From Phoronis australis (taxonomy: Eukaryota > Animalia > Phoronida), in NCBI GenBank assembly GCA_002633005.1, contig NMRA01000399.1:215570-279569 (forward strand): a stretch of 64,000 nt of DNA. The letters are read 5' to 3'. Below the pieces are notes generated by a model. The model made no database searches, was not told where the DNA came from, and saw only the letters and a list, made by a program, of their open reading frames with translations. The position numbers and the translations under genes are program-made. Shown piece after piece: positions 1-14,600 of this stretch; within the stretch, counting starts at the first letter, position 1, and every line of letters starts with the position of its first letter.

Positions 1-249
1 CATTGCCAGGAATTCATCCACGTCGAAAGTTTCTTGGTAGGAATTCTGCATTTTCTAAAAATGATACTAGCCCTAATAGATGGCGACATCAACTGAACAC
101 AGGAAACGATCATTTTATTGACGTTGGCAACAAGTTTGTGGTGACCAACGCAAAACGACTGGGCGACTGAACTTTGGGCTGGGCGAGTAAATTTTCTGGC
201 TCACTCCCCCAGCTGGTGAGCGGAGTTTTGAAACCTGGGTATATCCCTG

Positions 250-462
250 AAACCCTGGTAATGACAGTGCTGAGCCATATTCTATTACAAACCCTGGTAA
301 TGACAGTGCTAAGCCATATTCTATTACAAACCCTAGTAATGACAGTGCTGAGCCATATTCTATTACAAACCCTGGTAATGACAGTGCTGAGCCATATTCT
401 ATTACAAACCCTAGTAATGACAGTCCTGAGCCATATTCTATTACGAACCCTGGTAATGACAG
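250..462. repeat. 39-bp minisatellite, ~5.5 copies
   Basis: Unit AACCCTGGTAATGACAGTGCTGAGCCATATTCTATTACA; explains three overlapping track ORFs. Confidence 0.95.
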
Positions 463-3400
463 GTTGGCTTCCACAGGACCATATCACTTCTTTCCCATCC
501 ATGCAATCTTGTTTCTTGTCAGATTTTAGGAAAGTGCATCTTAACATAACTAACTTTCTTTACATAAGAACTGTCATTACTAGAGTTTGCTGTGAATGTT
601 AACAAGAATATTCTCATTTCTTGCTTTTGAAATGGATTCATGAAAACAGCATTTTACGAGGAAGAGATATTCTCCAACTTCTTACGGCTACGTAAGGGAC
701 CCTCGAAAAATTCCAAAATTCGGCTAACGTCGAAAAATCTTATCTCAGAAACAGCTGATCCTATTCATATGAACCTTTCAGATAGCTTTAAGCACGCTCC
801 TCCAAAACACTGTTAGCAATTGTTTTTAAAATGTTTCACTTTTGCATGTGGGGCAATTAAATAAGAATTTTATGATTTTCATTAAAAATATAATAAATAA
901 ACATAAAATGAGAATCAAGTGATTGTTTAAAAACTTGGAATACCATTTTTGAGAACTCATCTAAAATTTTATACTTTCCTTCTTACTAAAAAGAACTAAA
1001 AACACCTGGTTACATGACCCAAATTACTAAAAACACCTGGTTACATGACCCAAATTAATGACCGATAGGTAAAAAATCGAAAATAAATGTCTATACAAGC
1101 TTTCTTCTTTCAGAATATACACTTTTGCTAAAATTTATAGTTTTGTAGACACTTGTGAATAATGTTCCACATAACCTTCACTAGGTGAAAACACACATGG
1201 GGAGATGCCACCAAGAGGGTTCACATTTTTGCTGACTTCAGCTCTAAAAATCTTTTTGTGATGTTAACATATAAGAAATTTCTCTTTTCAAGAGAAATTG
1301 AATCTGAGAGCCATCTGTTGGTCCATGCTGATACCAAAATTTAAATTGGCTATAAAACCACGTTCTGTCTATGTAGCAGACTTTTTATTTAGATCACTAA
1401 TTGTTCTAGAATTGTTCTTAAGAAGTCGATGATGTCTGTGTTTGCCAAGAGCTGGCAACTGGTAATTCCTTGAGCCTATAATCAGTACATAAAATGCTAC
1501 CTTATGACAAGCCAATTTGTTGTCAAAGCATGGTCACATGATATCACAAGCCAATTAGTTGTCAAAGTGTGGTCACATGATATCACATGCTGTCAGTGCT
1601 TTTGGAGCCCTAAAATTAACTCTAATTTGAATAAGGAACAATTTGAGACCAATTTCATACAGCTAAGTGGTCTAAATGATAAGTTGGATTTTCTGATGGA
1701 AGTCAATGGCCGCCATTTTATAATCAAAGACTGATAGACTAATTGCTCAGTGTACCTCAGGATCACCAATAATCTTCATTCACTGGAGAAATGTGCAAAA
1801 CCCCTCAGAAAACCATCAGAAGCTTGTTCAATAGCGAGTCAGTGTACATGTGATCACGCTTCCCCCCTTCATGAACAGTAATGTGACGACAGTGCTCGCA
1901 AGCGTACATGATACTTCTGTCGACTTATTCGTTTAGCATTCCATGATGTGACTGAATCACCTTAAAATTTAAAAGTTTTAAGGTGATTCAGCAATGACAA
2001 TGACTCCAACAGTAAACACATTAAAAGTATACATCTTGATACGAATGAGAAGATTGTACAACCTACCTATGTATTTATGGCAAATTTAGTTCAAGAATTA
2101 TAGAAAATAAATTAATTAAAATAGCTTGCTTTCCATAAAAGAGTACTTTTTGTTTTTGGTCACTCAAGCGAATGCATGTATTTTGCTAAATATGTGAACA
2201 TGGCAAATAAAAAGGTTCTCATAAATGCTCTCAATTGTTTTCTCATTGCTTTTATTTGTTTAGGATAAAAGCACAAATCATGTTGTCCGGCATCAGTGGG
2301 ATAACACCACAATAAGATTGACTTACATGAATATGACCCAGGTCACCATCAACTCACCACTAATTGCAGTTGGATTTTTTCCTTTAACTAACGTTCATGA
2401 TTGTGCTAGTAATGAATCTGGCAATATCCTCAAACCAGAAACGGGTGAAGACAGGCAAGGTCTAGTCAATACGTCAATAGGAAGCTACGGGACATCTTCC
2501 ACACCTCCCAGAGAAAAGTCCAACGACAGAAAAGACATCACACTATCTCTGGCAATAACAGCTAAAAATTTCCAATATCCGCTGGTACAATTGGGAAGTC
2601 CTGTTGTAGATAAACTTGTTTACAACATAGAAAAACTTCTTGAACCTCAAAAACGAAATGGGTAACATTCAGTCAGTGCTGCTTGTCCTCTGTGAGTGAT
2701 ACATTCACAGCTTTTCTTGGCACAAAAACTCTTGCCATGTTGGTAACACTGCCACTGGCATCAATCCCTCAAGTGTTCCATCTGGCATCACTGAAGATGC
2801 TGCCAATGCCAAACATCTGTTGGCGCACAACAGGACACCATCCATGCAGAGATGCTATTTCATACTGACTTGTTTCTCATGACTTGCCCAGTGGTATAGT
2901 CTATCTTCTTTGACAAGGTTGGAATTTTACGTCACAGCCCATGGGCAAAGAACATGTTTGACATTCAAAGTGTAACAGCTTCTGTCAATTATAATACTCA
3001 AGCATGAAATCAAATCCTGGTACTTGCAATGTAGGAACAAAAAGTTCTGGTTGAGAGCCACAAGTTGGGAGGTGTTGGTTGAAAATGCCAACCATGCTAC
3101 TGCAGTTTATAAATCAATGTTGAGGAATGCAGGGGACCAACAAGATGACTGGGCACAAACACCCTGAAAGCTTCATTTGTCGTCATTCCTCAGTAGAGGC
3201 AAAAAATCCAGAATCCCAGAAATTTCACATGAATCTTTTTACAGGAATTATTTTCTGTAATCTGCCATGATAAATAAATCCCTCCCCATTAATCCTGCGA
3301 ATTTTGGTGGAACTCAGAACCTCAGCAAATTTGTAAAGCAATGCAAAAACCCTTCTGTGTAAATTTTGCGTGAAAAGTATGAGGATTAATTCAGGTAATT

Positions 3401-5874
3401 TTCACAGGCATTTGGTAGAGGAACTACATTCGAAGGACGAGCAATGTAGCCTATCAGCTGCTAAGTCTTAAAAACCAGCTTATGCAATTCAATCATTTAG
3501 TTCTGTCCTAATAAATCACTGTCAAAATGTAACTAAATATACAAGTAAACACTTCAACAGTTCTACAAATCCTCAAGAGTCACTCATGTTTACAATTGCC
3601 AGTATACATATCATTGAGTTAATTCAGTCTTGACCTTTAGACAATTAGCAAATTTCAGTGAATGCCTGCTTAAGACAAAAAGTGATTTACACCAATGTCA
3701 CAAGTGCCTCAACATGTATGTACATACCGATTTAACTCACCAAATTGTAGACAAAACTAATCACCAAAACCTTTCAATTTTCATGTTTCAAAGGCTTTTA
3801 ACATTGTTTTGAATGTTGGAAATTCTTCAAAACAAGCTTTTACGGTGGCTATATGAGGAATCTTTGAACACAAGAAAGCCTTTTTGGTGCTACTTATGTT
3901 TTATAAAAATAGAATTAATTTCACTCGTCCATCAAATTGTGTTCCCAATAGGATAGATTTTACACAAGTTCAATTCATTCAATACAAAATCAGATTGGCA
4001 GTGTTTATTAAATCAAAAACACTGCTATGAAATTGGCTGATAAGCAAATAATGGGTGAACTTACAATTACAAATGTTTGTCCCTAAGAAAGTGTGGTCAT
4101 TCACCATTCAAAATACATTGTTTGAATTTTCTTCCTATTTCTATTTTCTTCGACAGACTCAGCCCTTTCATGAGATGATACAACACAAAGTTGGTAATTT
4201 ATTAATCTATTTCACAACAACATCAATTCATGATCAGTGCTTTTAGAAATGATAGTCAGTGGGAAAGTCTAACTTAGGTAAGGTTAGATATTGATGTGGA
4301 TGCTAGAAACATCCCATAGATGGCACTTGGGGTGTCAAAGTAGTTGCACCAGTCTGAAAACCAATATCAGCCATGCTCTCTTCATAAAGATCCACAAAGG
4401 GCCCTGGCAGACAGTGATGCAGACACAAACATTGCCAATAGGTGGTGCCACAGCAGTCAGACTTAAGTACAGAAATTAGTGCGAGTTGTGCTCTCCTCAA
4501 TAGGAACACATCTACCAAATTTCATGACAGCTGTTTTGCAGGTTGATAAGCACATGCTAAAAATAACTAAAAAATAATAAAATGGCCCACATCTGTCTAA
4601 AGTTGCATAGGTGTTGTCATAGAAACTTTTTTGTTCAATATCCTAAAGATTTGTCAAGGACACAAAAAAGTAAAATTGCCACTAGGGGACACTGAGGTAG
4701 TCGGATCGGTCAAGTATTTAACACAGCTCCCCCCAAATTTCCTGTCCACCAATATAAAACAAACAGGCTGTAGTGAAAATGAATACAAACAAATAAATTG
4801 AATTGATTGCATTCCAAGACCCATTGGCAAGCGATCAATACAGAGAAAGACCTTTGACGATTGTTGACGTTTTTTCACAAATTATGGCAATAAAGAAACC
4901 TTTGTCAACAAATACTAATCAATATCAGGAAGTAATTTTAACCCAGTTATTATGATATACTTGTGCAAAGCATGGTTTCATCTTTTGCTCAATCAGTATA
5001 CATAAATATTTGATGTTGCTTACCCCATTACTGTGTATCTCAATGTACTCAAATGAGAATACATTACAACTTATATCCCATATATCTTTGCTTGTTACTC
5101 TGCCAACTGACAATAACTACAATGTTGAAGACCATATTAATGGGGACAGGGTAAAAAGTGCTGGCATATGCTGTTTAGAGGGCTATCACAAGAGCTTGTC
5201 CTTTGAAAATTATAGTTGGGCCCCCCTCAACATCCTAGATCCGCTAGTAACCCAGTTAAAGCACTCACTTTCACCCCCCCCCCCTTGTACCATCTCCACT
5301 GCATACAAACTTATGGGAAGACTAAAATCAAGGGATGGCAATGACAAATTCAACTTCATCAAACTCCAATTCTGACAAGAACTTTGTCCATTAGTATGCC
5401 ACAGTTGGATGGAGTTCAGTTAAAGACTTTCTTGTTTGTTTTTTGATAAGCACTACGTACTCTATTAATAGTGCACGCAAATTTGTAAACATCTAAAGGC
5501 TTTGACGAAATCAGAAATTTCCGACAACATTGTACAGTATTTAATGTCTTTTGATTAAGTCCATTTAATGCCAGATCCTCGACATGACGAAGTAATGAAA
5601 ATTTGCAATATTAAGAACAGAAAATCAATGATGACCAGAAAAGGCATCTCAATTCCAGTTTATGGGGCAAATTTAGCCGACACATCTCTATCCAATAATC
5701 AATAAATACCTTGATTAAAACAGTTTTTCATGGCCTAGATGACAGTGCATGGTTTATTTGTGAATCATAACAACGAGCATAAACCAACAATCGGTCTTGC
5801 ATACAGTATATTTTTCATATCCAAAATAAGAAGTTCTTCAAGTCATTTTATGGCAGAGGCACATGTAGCTTTGG

Positions 5875-6255
5875 GGTTCACCATGTGTATGTATGTATGT
5901 ATGTGTATATTTAGTTCACTATGTGTATGTATGTATGTGTATATTAAGTTCACTATGTGTATGTATGTATGTGTATATCAAGTTCACTATGTGTATGTAT
6001 GTGTGTGTATATTAAGTTCACTATGTGTATGTATGTATGTGTATATCAAGTTCACTATGTGTATGTATGTATGTGTGTACTAAGTTCACTATGTGTATGC
6101 ATGTATGTGTATATTAAGTTCACTATGTGTATGTATGTATGTGTATATTTAGTTCACTATGTGTATGCATGTATGTGTATATTAAGTTCACTATGTGTAT
6201 GTATGTATGTGTATATTTAGTTCACTATGAGAATGTATGTATGTATGTATGTGTA
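5875..6255. repeat. 34-bp minisatellite built on (GTAT)n
   Basis: Unit AGTTCACTATGTGTATGTATGTATGTGTATATTA. Confidence 0.95.
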
Positions 6256-6398
6256 CATTTATTCATTATAGTGACAAGTACAATTAATTCAAACAGTGAT
6301 ATAACATTCCTAAGAAAGGTAACGTAGAAAATAAATCCGAAACTAAAAGAGGCGATCCAGATACACTTGTTTGTCGAAAGTAGAATAAATATATGTAA

Positions 6399-6510
6399 AT
6401 AAAACAACAAAAATGGATCACTGAAATTTTCGGATATAATAACATCCTTGTCGACAGAAACAGTAACAAAGTAAAATCAAACACTATATGACAATTGACA
6501 TCTGATATAT
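6399..6510 (+). mobile_element. Partial copy of the MITE at 43500-43639
   Basis: Shares AAAACAACAA..ATGGATCA.CTGAAATTTTCGGATATAAT.ACATCCTT…AAAGTAAAATCAA.CACTAT.TGACAA; right TIR absent. Confidence 0.7.
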
Positions 6511-7466
6511 GGCGTAATGAACGTGATACATTGTTGCACAAAAATTAAAGGATACAATTTAAGAAGTCTTTTTGTTCAATCCATTAGGTTCAAGTGTGTT
6601 GAGGTTATTTACCCAAAATTGTTTTCTTTTGAGCCTGTGTGGGGTACTGGTGTGTTGGAGTTTGAGTCTGTGAGGGGTACTTGGGTGTTGGAGTTTCTCT
6701 ATTATTTGTACAGAAAGATCTTGTAGATTATATTTTTTGGAATAGAAATGATTATACCTATAGTATCAGAAATGTTTTTATGTATTATGATAAATCTATG
6801 ATTGCGAAACCGAGTTTGAAGATTATGTTGAGTTAAAAAAGATAAGTACTCAGCCCAGTTGGGCTTATTAGTCACTTTAACTACACAACTCAGATGCGCC
6901 ATAATGCGATGGTTTCCAAGTTCAAACGCAGACTTGATATATTTGGCGAATTTCCTAGGTATATACTGAAACAAGTTTTAAATTTGTATCTAGACTTACA
7001 AAATTTGCGAAGTTTTGGACTTAAAGTGAAATATCATGAAATAGAATACATCTCAGGGACAATCAAATACAAAATGTAGCTCATCCTCCGCAGAATCAGG
7101 TGTTCCCGCAATGCATCTGAGGACACACAACCAAAAACAGAGCTGTTTTTGTTTGCACTTCTATAAAAATCAAGAAGTCAGGAGGGGCAGCAAATTTTTA
7201 GTAGCTCACTATTTTCAAAAAAGAAAGTCCACCAGTGACGAGCAAAAAACGCATTTTACATACCACTCGACACTACGGCAGCGTTTCAAAACTTGCCTCG
7301 TGCATTTGTGCGGCTTTTTAACAAACAACACAGGAAACCTTGACTGAAATCGATGTGGACGGCCATTTTGTTTAAACAGAGAACGTGGGTCTCAAGCTGA
7401 GTTGTGGTAAAGACCAGAACAAATTGAACTTTTTTGATCTTAACACATGAGATGCCACTTGAATTC

Positions 7467-8020
7467 TGCGACTTAGTATATGACTTTAGGACAACTGCCT
7501 GAAAACTGTGACTTAGTATATGACTTTAGGACCACTGCCTGCAAACCGTGACTTAGTATATGACTTTAGGACCACTGCCTGAAAACTGTGACTTAGTATA
7601 TGACTTCAGGACCACTGCCTGCAAACTGTGACTTAGTATATGACTTTAGGACCACTGCCTGCAAACTGTGACTTAGTATATGAATCAGGACCACTACCTG
7701 CAAACTGTGACTTAGTATATTACTTTAAGACCACTGCCTGCAAACTGTGATTTAGTATATGACTTTAGGACCACTGCCTGCAAACTGTGACTTAGTATAT
7801 GACTTTAGGACCACTGCCTGCAAACTGTGACTTAGTATATGACTTTAGGACCACTGCCTGCAAACTGTGACTTAGTATATGACTTTAGGACCACTGCCTG
7901 CAAACTGTGACTTAGTATATGACTTTAGGACCACAGCCTGAAAACTGTGACTTAGCATATTACTTTAGGACCACTGCCTGCAAACTGTGACTTAGTATAT
8001 TACTTTAAGACCACTGTCTG
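7467..8020. repeat. 40-bp minisatellite, ~14 copies
   Basis: Unit TGTGACTTAGTATATGACTTTAGGACCACTGCCTGCAAAC. Confidence 0.95.
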
Positions 8021-8324
8021 TTATGGGATACAAGATGTATTGTACACAAGTCAAGAAGCCCAGTCAGGTTATGCAACACAAGTTGAGACAATCAACAATG
8101 GAACAACACTTGCACTTTGCATTAATTCTCTTTACATTAGTAGTAGTTACACAATGTTTGCCATTCAAACAATGAGAAGATTCAGCTTTTAATGACAAAT
8201 TTAATTTTTAGTCGCAACTATCTAAAATAGGTAGGAAAGAATGTAGTCACAAACAGCTAGCGGTTCTCTCACACACATCTCTGTTCTATAATCCTCAAAC
8301 ATAAAAGCTGGTTCAGAAGTCAAG

Positions 8325-8512
8325 AGGCTGATACAATGGTGTATTGCAATCCCAACCAATAGAAGGTATTCACACTGATTGGGAAGGCTGATACAATGGT
8401 GTATTGCAATCCCAACCAATAGAAGGTATTCACACTGATTGGGAAGGCTGATACAATGGTGAATTGCAATCCCAACCAATAGAAGGTATTCACACTGATT
8501 GGGAAGGCTGAT
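8325..8512. repeat. 60-bp tandem repeat x3
   Basis: Successive 60-nt lines nearly identical; unit contains TCCCAA…TTGGGA inverted ends. Confidence 0.95.
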
Positions 8513-8902
8513 GTACCTCATTGCCTAATAGTCTTGCCTTCAGTCACTTAACACATTCAATTAACAACATCTCATGCCCACTAGGAGATCTAATGTGAGA
8601 GCAGCTGCTCCTCAACTTTAGCTCAGCTTCCTGCCGCATTTATTGTAATTCTTAACTTAAATAGCACATAATATGGTGGTCAAGCGAAATTCTATTTGTC
8701 CAATTTCTTCAAAAAAATAAAGATCAGGACACTTTTGGTCCGTTTCTATCATTGCTTGTGTAAATGTCATCAAACAACATATACAGAGGTTTTTACTATT
8801 TGCAGGCAAGTGATTGGTTCTGATTGGTTCTGATTGGTTCTGATTAGTTCTTTAGCCAGCTAAACACGGTGAAATACAGCTTACATTTATGATGCATTTA
8901 TC

Positions 8903-9800
8903 AAGGCTTGGAATTTTCCGCAGAAACGCCGATTTCCGCTTTTTTCTTTTAGCCCCTCCGCATATTTTCATTACACTTCCGCGGAAAAAATCGGATTTGC
9001 CATGAAACTATTGCAGCAAATTGGTTTCTCACCGCAGCGTTGACGACGGCTCGAAAAGCGAAAACTGCTCTTTATGTTTCAGAAGAACGAAAATTGTAAT
9101 TGCAGATGACAGGCACTCGAATTTCTCGATGACTCGTAACCATATATAAGAAACATGCTTTCTTAGTAGTGAGTGACGTCAGAGGCAATCGAGGAACAGA
9201 TAAATTCAAGCCCTTGTGCCTGGGATAGCGTAGTTCATCAATGGCGTCTGCATTTGGTATAAAATCGCGGTGACAAAAAGTGCGATTCTGTTGTCAAAAA
9301 TGCGTGGATCGTGGAGTAGACAAAGTATTTCGTGGAAAAGTGGATAAAAGAAACGGTCAATGTCTTCAAAAACAACATAAGTCAAGGTTTGTGCTCTGTA
9401 AACTTTGAGAGAGGAACAATTACGGAGTGCGTGGGCGAGTCGCCTCGGACTAAGTTGGAGTCGGAGGATCGACTGAAAACGATAAAACACCAGAAATAAA
9501 AACGCTCCCTGAAAGGAAATTCAACCGTAACCGGTAATTTGTTGGATTGATATCATAGGATGTGAGTGATGTATGAAATTCTTTTGTTTGATCCCACATG
9601 CACGCCCGTTGTCGTTGGCTGCTAATCCCTAGCTAAGGCCTGACCGCTTTGAGTGCAATTTACTACGTGCCACCGAAACGGGATGCAGAGTGCTATTTTC
9701 GTTACTGCAAATGCGTTTTAAATTGCCTTTTATGTATTTCAATTTATCTTGACAATTTTCGTGTTCTATTTTGTGACGCGAGTTTTGCAATGAAGTGATC
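8903..9800 (+). mobile_element. Possible DNA-transposon relic (CAAGGCTTGGAATTTTCCGC start)
   Basis: Abrupt switch to CpG-rich sequence with TTTCCGC subterminal-like repeats; matching right end not established. Confidence 0.35.
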
Positions 9801-10504
9801 ATGTGACAGATTCTGAATGATCTGATTGGTCTAAGCCATTGTTTACAAAATTCTGCCTGACTATTTTCAGTGTCCTGATAGAACTTTATTTCTTATGTCA
9901 TTCTTCTACACCAGCATTGACTTATGAACAATTAACTCCAGTAATTACAACTTAGGATTGTTATTGATGCATTCCATAAAGTATGGTGTTCTTGACTTTC
10001 ATTTTTCCATGCTAACAGTTGGGGGTATGAGCCACAGGTTTTCGTCTTGACTTTTTCCATTTGCATTGGAATTAAAATTTTTGTTGGAATTAAATGTGTA
10101 TGTATTTCAGGCTTTCTAGGTAATCTATGCATCAATTTTCAATTTTTTTTAATTTTGTAATCGTAATCATAAGAATTGAAAATAATGCATAGTGCAGCAA
10201 ATCAAGAATAGGCTCCTGCCACTCGGACTGCAAATTGTTCATCATTATCGCTATTTTAATTTTAAAAAATATTTTTGTTGCATCTAATTGCCTTCATTGT
10301 TTTTGTTGAAATAGATATCAGGTACTGCTTAAGATGAGTGCGTTTTGCCGACACGGTACAGTAACTTTCGATCTGTTGAGGTATGGTTTAGACTGAAATG
10401 TGTATTTAGGGTCGTAAAAGTTCCTCTTTTTTGTCATGGGTCATTCCAAGCCCTGACTTATGGTAATTACAAAGAGGGTGGAACTGCCATGTTATACACC
10501 ACTC

Positions 10505-10958
10505 ACATCCAGAAGTGCACACGCACACCCGGAAGTGCACACGTACACCCGGAAGTGCACACGCACACCCGGAAGTGCACACCCACACCCGGAAGTATAT
10601 CACACAAATCCAGAAGTACACACACATCCAGAAGGAAATCACACACATCCAGAACGAAATAACACACATCCAGAAGGAAATCACACACATCCAAAAGGAA
10701 ATAACACACATCTAGAAGTACACACATACATCCAGAAGTGTACCAGCTTGTAACTTGCCCTAGTGTAACTTGCCCTGGTGTAACTTGCCCTGGTGTAACT
10801 TGCCCTGGTGTAACTTGCCCTGGTGTAACTTGCCCTGGTGTAACTTGCCCTGGTGTAACTTGCCCTGGCGTAACTTGCCCTGGCGTAACTTGCCCTAGCG
10901 TAACTTGCCCTAGTGTAACTTGCTCTAGTGTAACTTGCTTTAGTGTTATTTGCCCTAA
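10505..10958. repeat. Adjacent ~20-bp (CGGAAGTGCACACGCACACC-type) and 15-bp (GTAACTTGCCCTGGT) arrays
   Basis: Direct inspection; source of VTCPG-type ORFs. Confidence 0.93.
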
Positions 10959-11529
10959 CCCATGGGCACTAAGGATTCGAGGTGAGTCAATTACATTTCA
11001 CGCTACATTTATGCTAGATGTAGGAGTGTAGCCTTGGACGATAGACGACAAGATGCTTTATGGATGTGACTTAATTGCTGAAGATTCGTCTGGCAGACAA
11101 ATAACATATTTGCATTTTGTGACCTTCACAAGACCTCTCTAATGAAGAACAATATCTGTGGGATAAACAGAATGTAGTTGCAATGAATGGCAAAACTGAT
11201 GTGGATACACAACGTGGTCAGAAAAGGAATGAACATACGTGAATCTTAATCTGAGAAAACAGCTTTTTCCTTAAAAATAACAGCTATTTATCCCAGAGTT
11301 AGAAATTAACAAAATTAAAGAGGTCATGTTCATTTAACTAATCAAACCCCTCTGGATACTTTTGTTTTCAACGGAAAATCTAGGATTTCATAATTGATTT
11401 TCGAAGGAAGATGTTCACATAACCCCTAAAATAGCATACCAGTCTGTCCATACGTTGCTATCTCACCTCTTTCCCTCCCTGACCCACCCTATCATGTCAC
11501 CCTTCAATCTTTAAACATCCTTCAATAAT

Positions 11530-11683
11530 TGGCGGATTAAGGCGAAGGCAGCAATGCCCCCCAAAAATTCTCCCAGACTACATCTGGCAGTTTGGGAGTG
11601 CGAATGTCTGATGGGCAAAATCCTGGCTAATTATGTGACTATGCCTTGGCCCCCCCTAAGTCAAAATCCTGGATCCGCCCTTG
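11530..11683. mobile_element. Short GGCGGAT…GGATCCGCC-ended MITE-like element
   Basis: GGCGGATTAAGG ... CCTGGATCCGCC inverted ends; similar right ends CTAGATCCGC at ~5236, ~54963 and ~60713. Confidence 0.55.
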
Positions 11684-14600
11684 ACTATCTCTGTTCATCT
11701 TATGCATTATGTTACTATCTCTGTGCATCTTATGCATTACGTTACCATCTCTGTGCCATTCAGTTACTATCTCTGTGCATCTTATGCATTACGTTACTAT
11801 CTCTGAGCTATTAAGTTAGACTCTGTGCATCACAATCTGATTTGCTGCTGCCTCGTATGATTTGATAAGTACTGGTAACACCAGAGTCAAGTCAAGTATC
11901 AACCTGCAAAGTTGGCTCTGATACGGATTTGCGTCTCATAAATTGGAGAGGTGACACAGTATTTTTCAATTGTCCACTGTTTTTCTTTTGTGGCTGGCAT
12001 TCACTGAAGCATGAAATGCAATATAGGTACCATTAACAGGTAAGTATGTCTTACTTGCCAAGACATGGTGTTTAGAACCTCGCTTGAGTGGACTAGTAGG
12101 GCTTTTCAATAAAGTTGAGAAATCGTCTGAAACTGATGCGGGCTGGGGATTTTTGGAAATAATTCATACCTTAAAAGACAACAATGGCTGTTGAGAACAA
12201 AGAATAAGATCAAATATCAATACTTTGCCATTAAAATAATAAATAGTTTGGTTGGAGTTCAAACTGTGTTTCCAATAGAATAAATCTAATTAGGGGAAAT
12301 AATTACAGGGGCCTTTCTTTATGGAATTTGGTTGAGGTGTAGTCCTAGGCTTGTTGTTGCCAGAATTCCTTGGATGACCTCAGAGACACAAGCAGTTCCT
12401 AGCTTAGTCTTGGTGAACCAAGGCCTGTATAGGCTATTCCCAAGTCATGACATCAATTTCTTCAAAATCAGCAGTGAAGAAGATAACTCAACTTCCTGAA
12501 ATTTTTGAATAATTTTATTGAACTTACATCAATTCGCTGAATTTGTCTTGGACCAATAAAGGGACTGGAAAGGTAGGTTTACATATCTCACCACTTTCTA
12601 CAGTTCAGTGATTCCACTCACAGAATTCCAAGTAAGCCCACTATTTTCAACGAATATCAAATATTGTCTCACCTGCCTACTCATAGAATCTCCCTCTTGC
12701 CAACGGTTTTCTTGAGTGCTGAAAATCTATATAATATTTTTGTTTAATATGTCCCCTTGATACGGCTAGGAGAAGATCATGTGACTTGCAAGCATAAAAA
12801 ATCTGCATCAACTCAACGGAACATTGACTGAATCTAAGAATAACATCTGTCATAAGCAAAAAGGAATTATAACAATTTGATCAGAAAAATGAGATTTATA
12901 CTTAATGTGTGATTTGTGGATCAGTGAAATAATCTTAGCTTAACACATCCACATGAATAATGCAGTTACAGAGTGTATTAAATATGATGAATGTAACAGA
13001 GGGCAGGGCATGTACAGTTTGTGAACACAACCTTATATTGGAATGTATAACAAAGTATGCAGATAGCACATTCCAAGTATCATGATGTGGGAAGGTACCA
13101 ACAGCTAGACTAAGTCTCACACTTGCTAATTCCCAGAGTTGAAGTTTGTCTTCAGCACTCGTATATTGTTCTGACAGTAAAATCTTCATACTACCCAAGC
13201 TTTTTACAAAAAGTGTTTGCCAAAATTTAGCATTTTCATATCCAGATACTTCTTATATCGTCTCAAAACATTGCAATATCTCACCAATTTAGGACATGAT
13301 ATGACCAACAAGAGAAATTTCATTTTTTACTTTTTCCCTAAAATATCAACTGTAACTAAACACCTCTACCATAGCTATCATTAGACAATGATTTTGAGAA
13401 AATGTGAGTATTCATAACAATGTTAGACACCTTTGAAAAGGAAGAAAGACCAATTTTGGCAATTATTGTTGAGGTTTTGTTGGACAATGAAAATGATCGC
13501 GCATTGATTTGGTGTTATCACCTTTTACGGAAGAAAAGAATAAAAACTAACATAATGCCATTATGATTTTGCCACAAAATGGCGGCACTCCATTGTATCA
13601 AAAGTTTAATCACCATTGTTGTGTTCACAATTTTAGGAAGTCAAAATATAAACTTCATTTCAGAAAATATTTTGTGAATCCTGTTGACAGAAAAGTAACC
13701 TTCGTGTGTACCTTCACCTACTGAAAATGTCACTACATATCAGGAAGTGATGATATTTTCTTAGTCACCCACACCCTCATTGTTTGACGTACATCCATAA
13801 ACCACAATGAGAAAACTAGGTTGATTAATTCTTAACTCACACTGCGGCTGTTCTTGAGACCAGCTGTTTTTCAGGAGCAACCAGTTCTTTATAATCAGTG
13901 CTTCACATCAATAATTTCTAAGAAACTGGGGCACAGCAGTGTAGTGGTAAATACTGGAGTTAAAGATGGCTTTGAGGGTGATTACCAATAGTCAGTACAG
14001 TGGTCAAGAACTTTGAGAACCAGTTTGAGACCTATTATTCAGTGGAGAAAACTGGTTCTCAAAATGCAGGTCCCATGCAAGTGACTATTACTGACAGATT
14101 CATGATGGAAGAAATAACTGTCTTCAATTTGCAAATTGAGTTGCCATGGAGATGAAGGAACAGGGCACTACTTGGCACACCTTATTATGGTTTTCATTTT
14201 TAATTATTTTACATAGGAATGGTTAACAAAAGATTTCCAACCCCAACACTATATCAACTTCTAACTGCCTTCAGTGGATACCTTGAAAATTGGAGTGTGG
14301 CTGATTCGATAATTTTATGCTTTATTACCCAATTTATTCAACTGTGAAGTAACCAGGATGAGGTTGGCTAAGTGCTGCCATAACTTTTGTTTAAGTTGTG
14401 CACATTGCCTCATTCTTAGTTCCGCTGTGCAGACCCCTGCATGTATCTTTTTCCTATTTTGCAACTATAAAATGTCAAGATACATTGGAAACACTCAGGT
14501 CTCATACAAGATGGGGCATTCAAAACTCATAGGGGGTAATAAGACAATTATCTTCTCAGGTATCATAAACCTGCTAGTTAAACAGCCCAACTGGACCAGG

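Noticed and set aside
110-602. Overlapping 119-145 aa ORFs
   Set aside because: Products of a stop-free 39-bp minisatellite; the same applies to ORFs at 5739-6327, 10345-11031, 30438-31007 and 50302-50596
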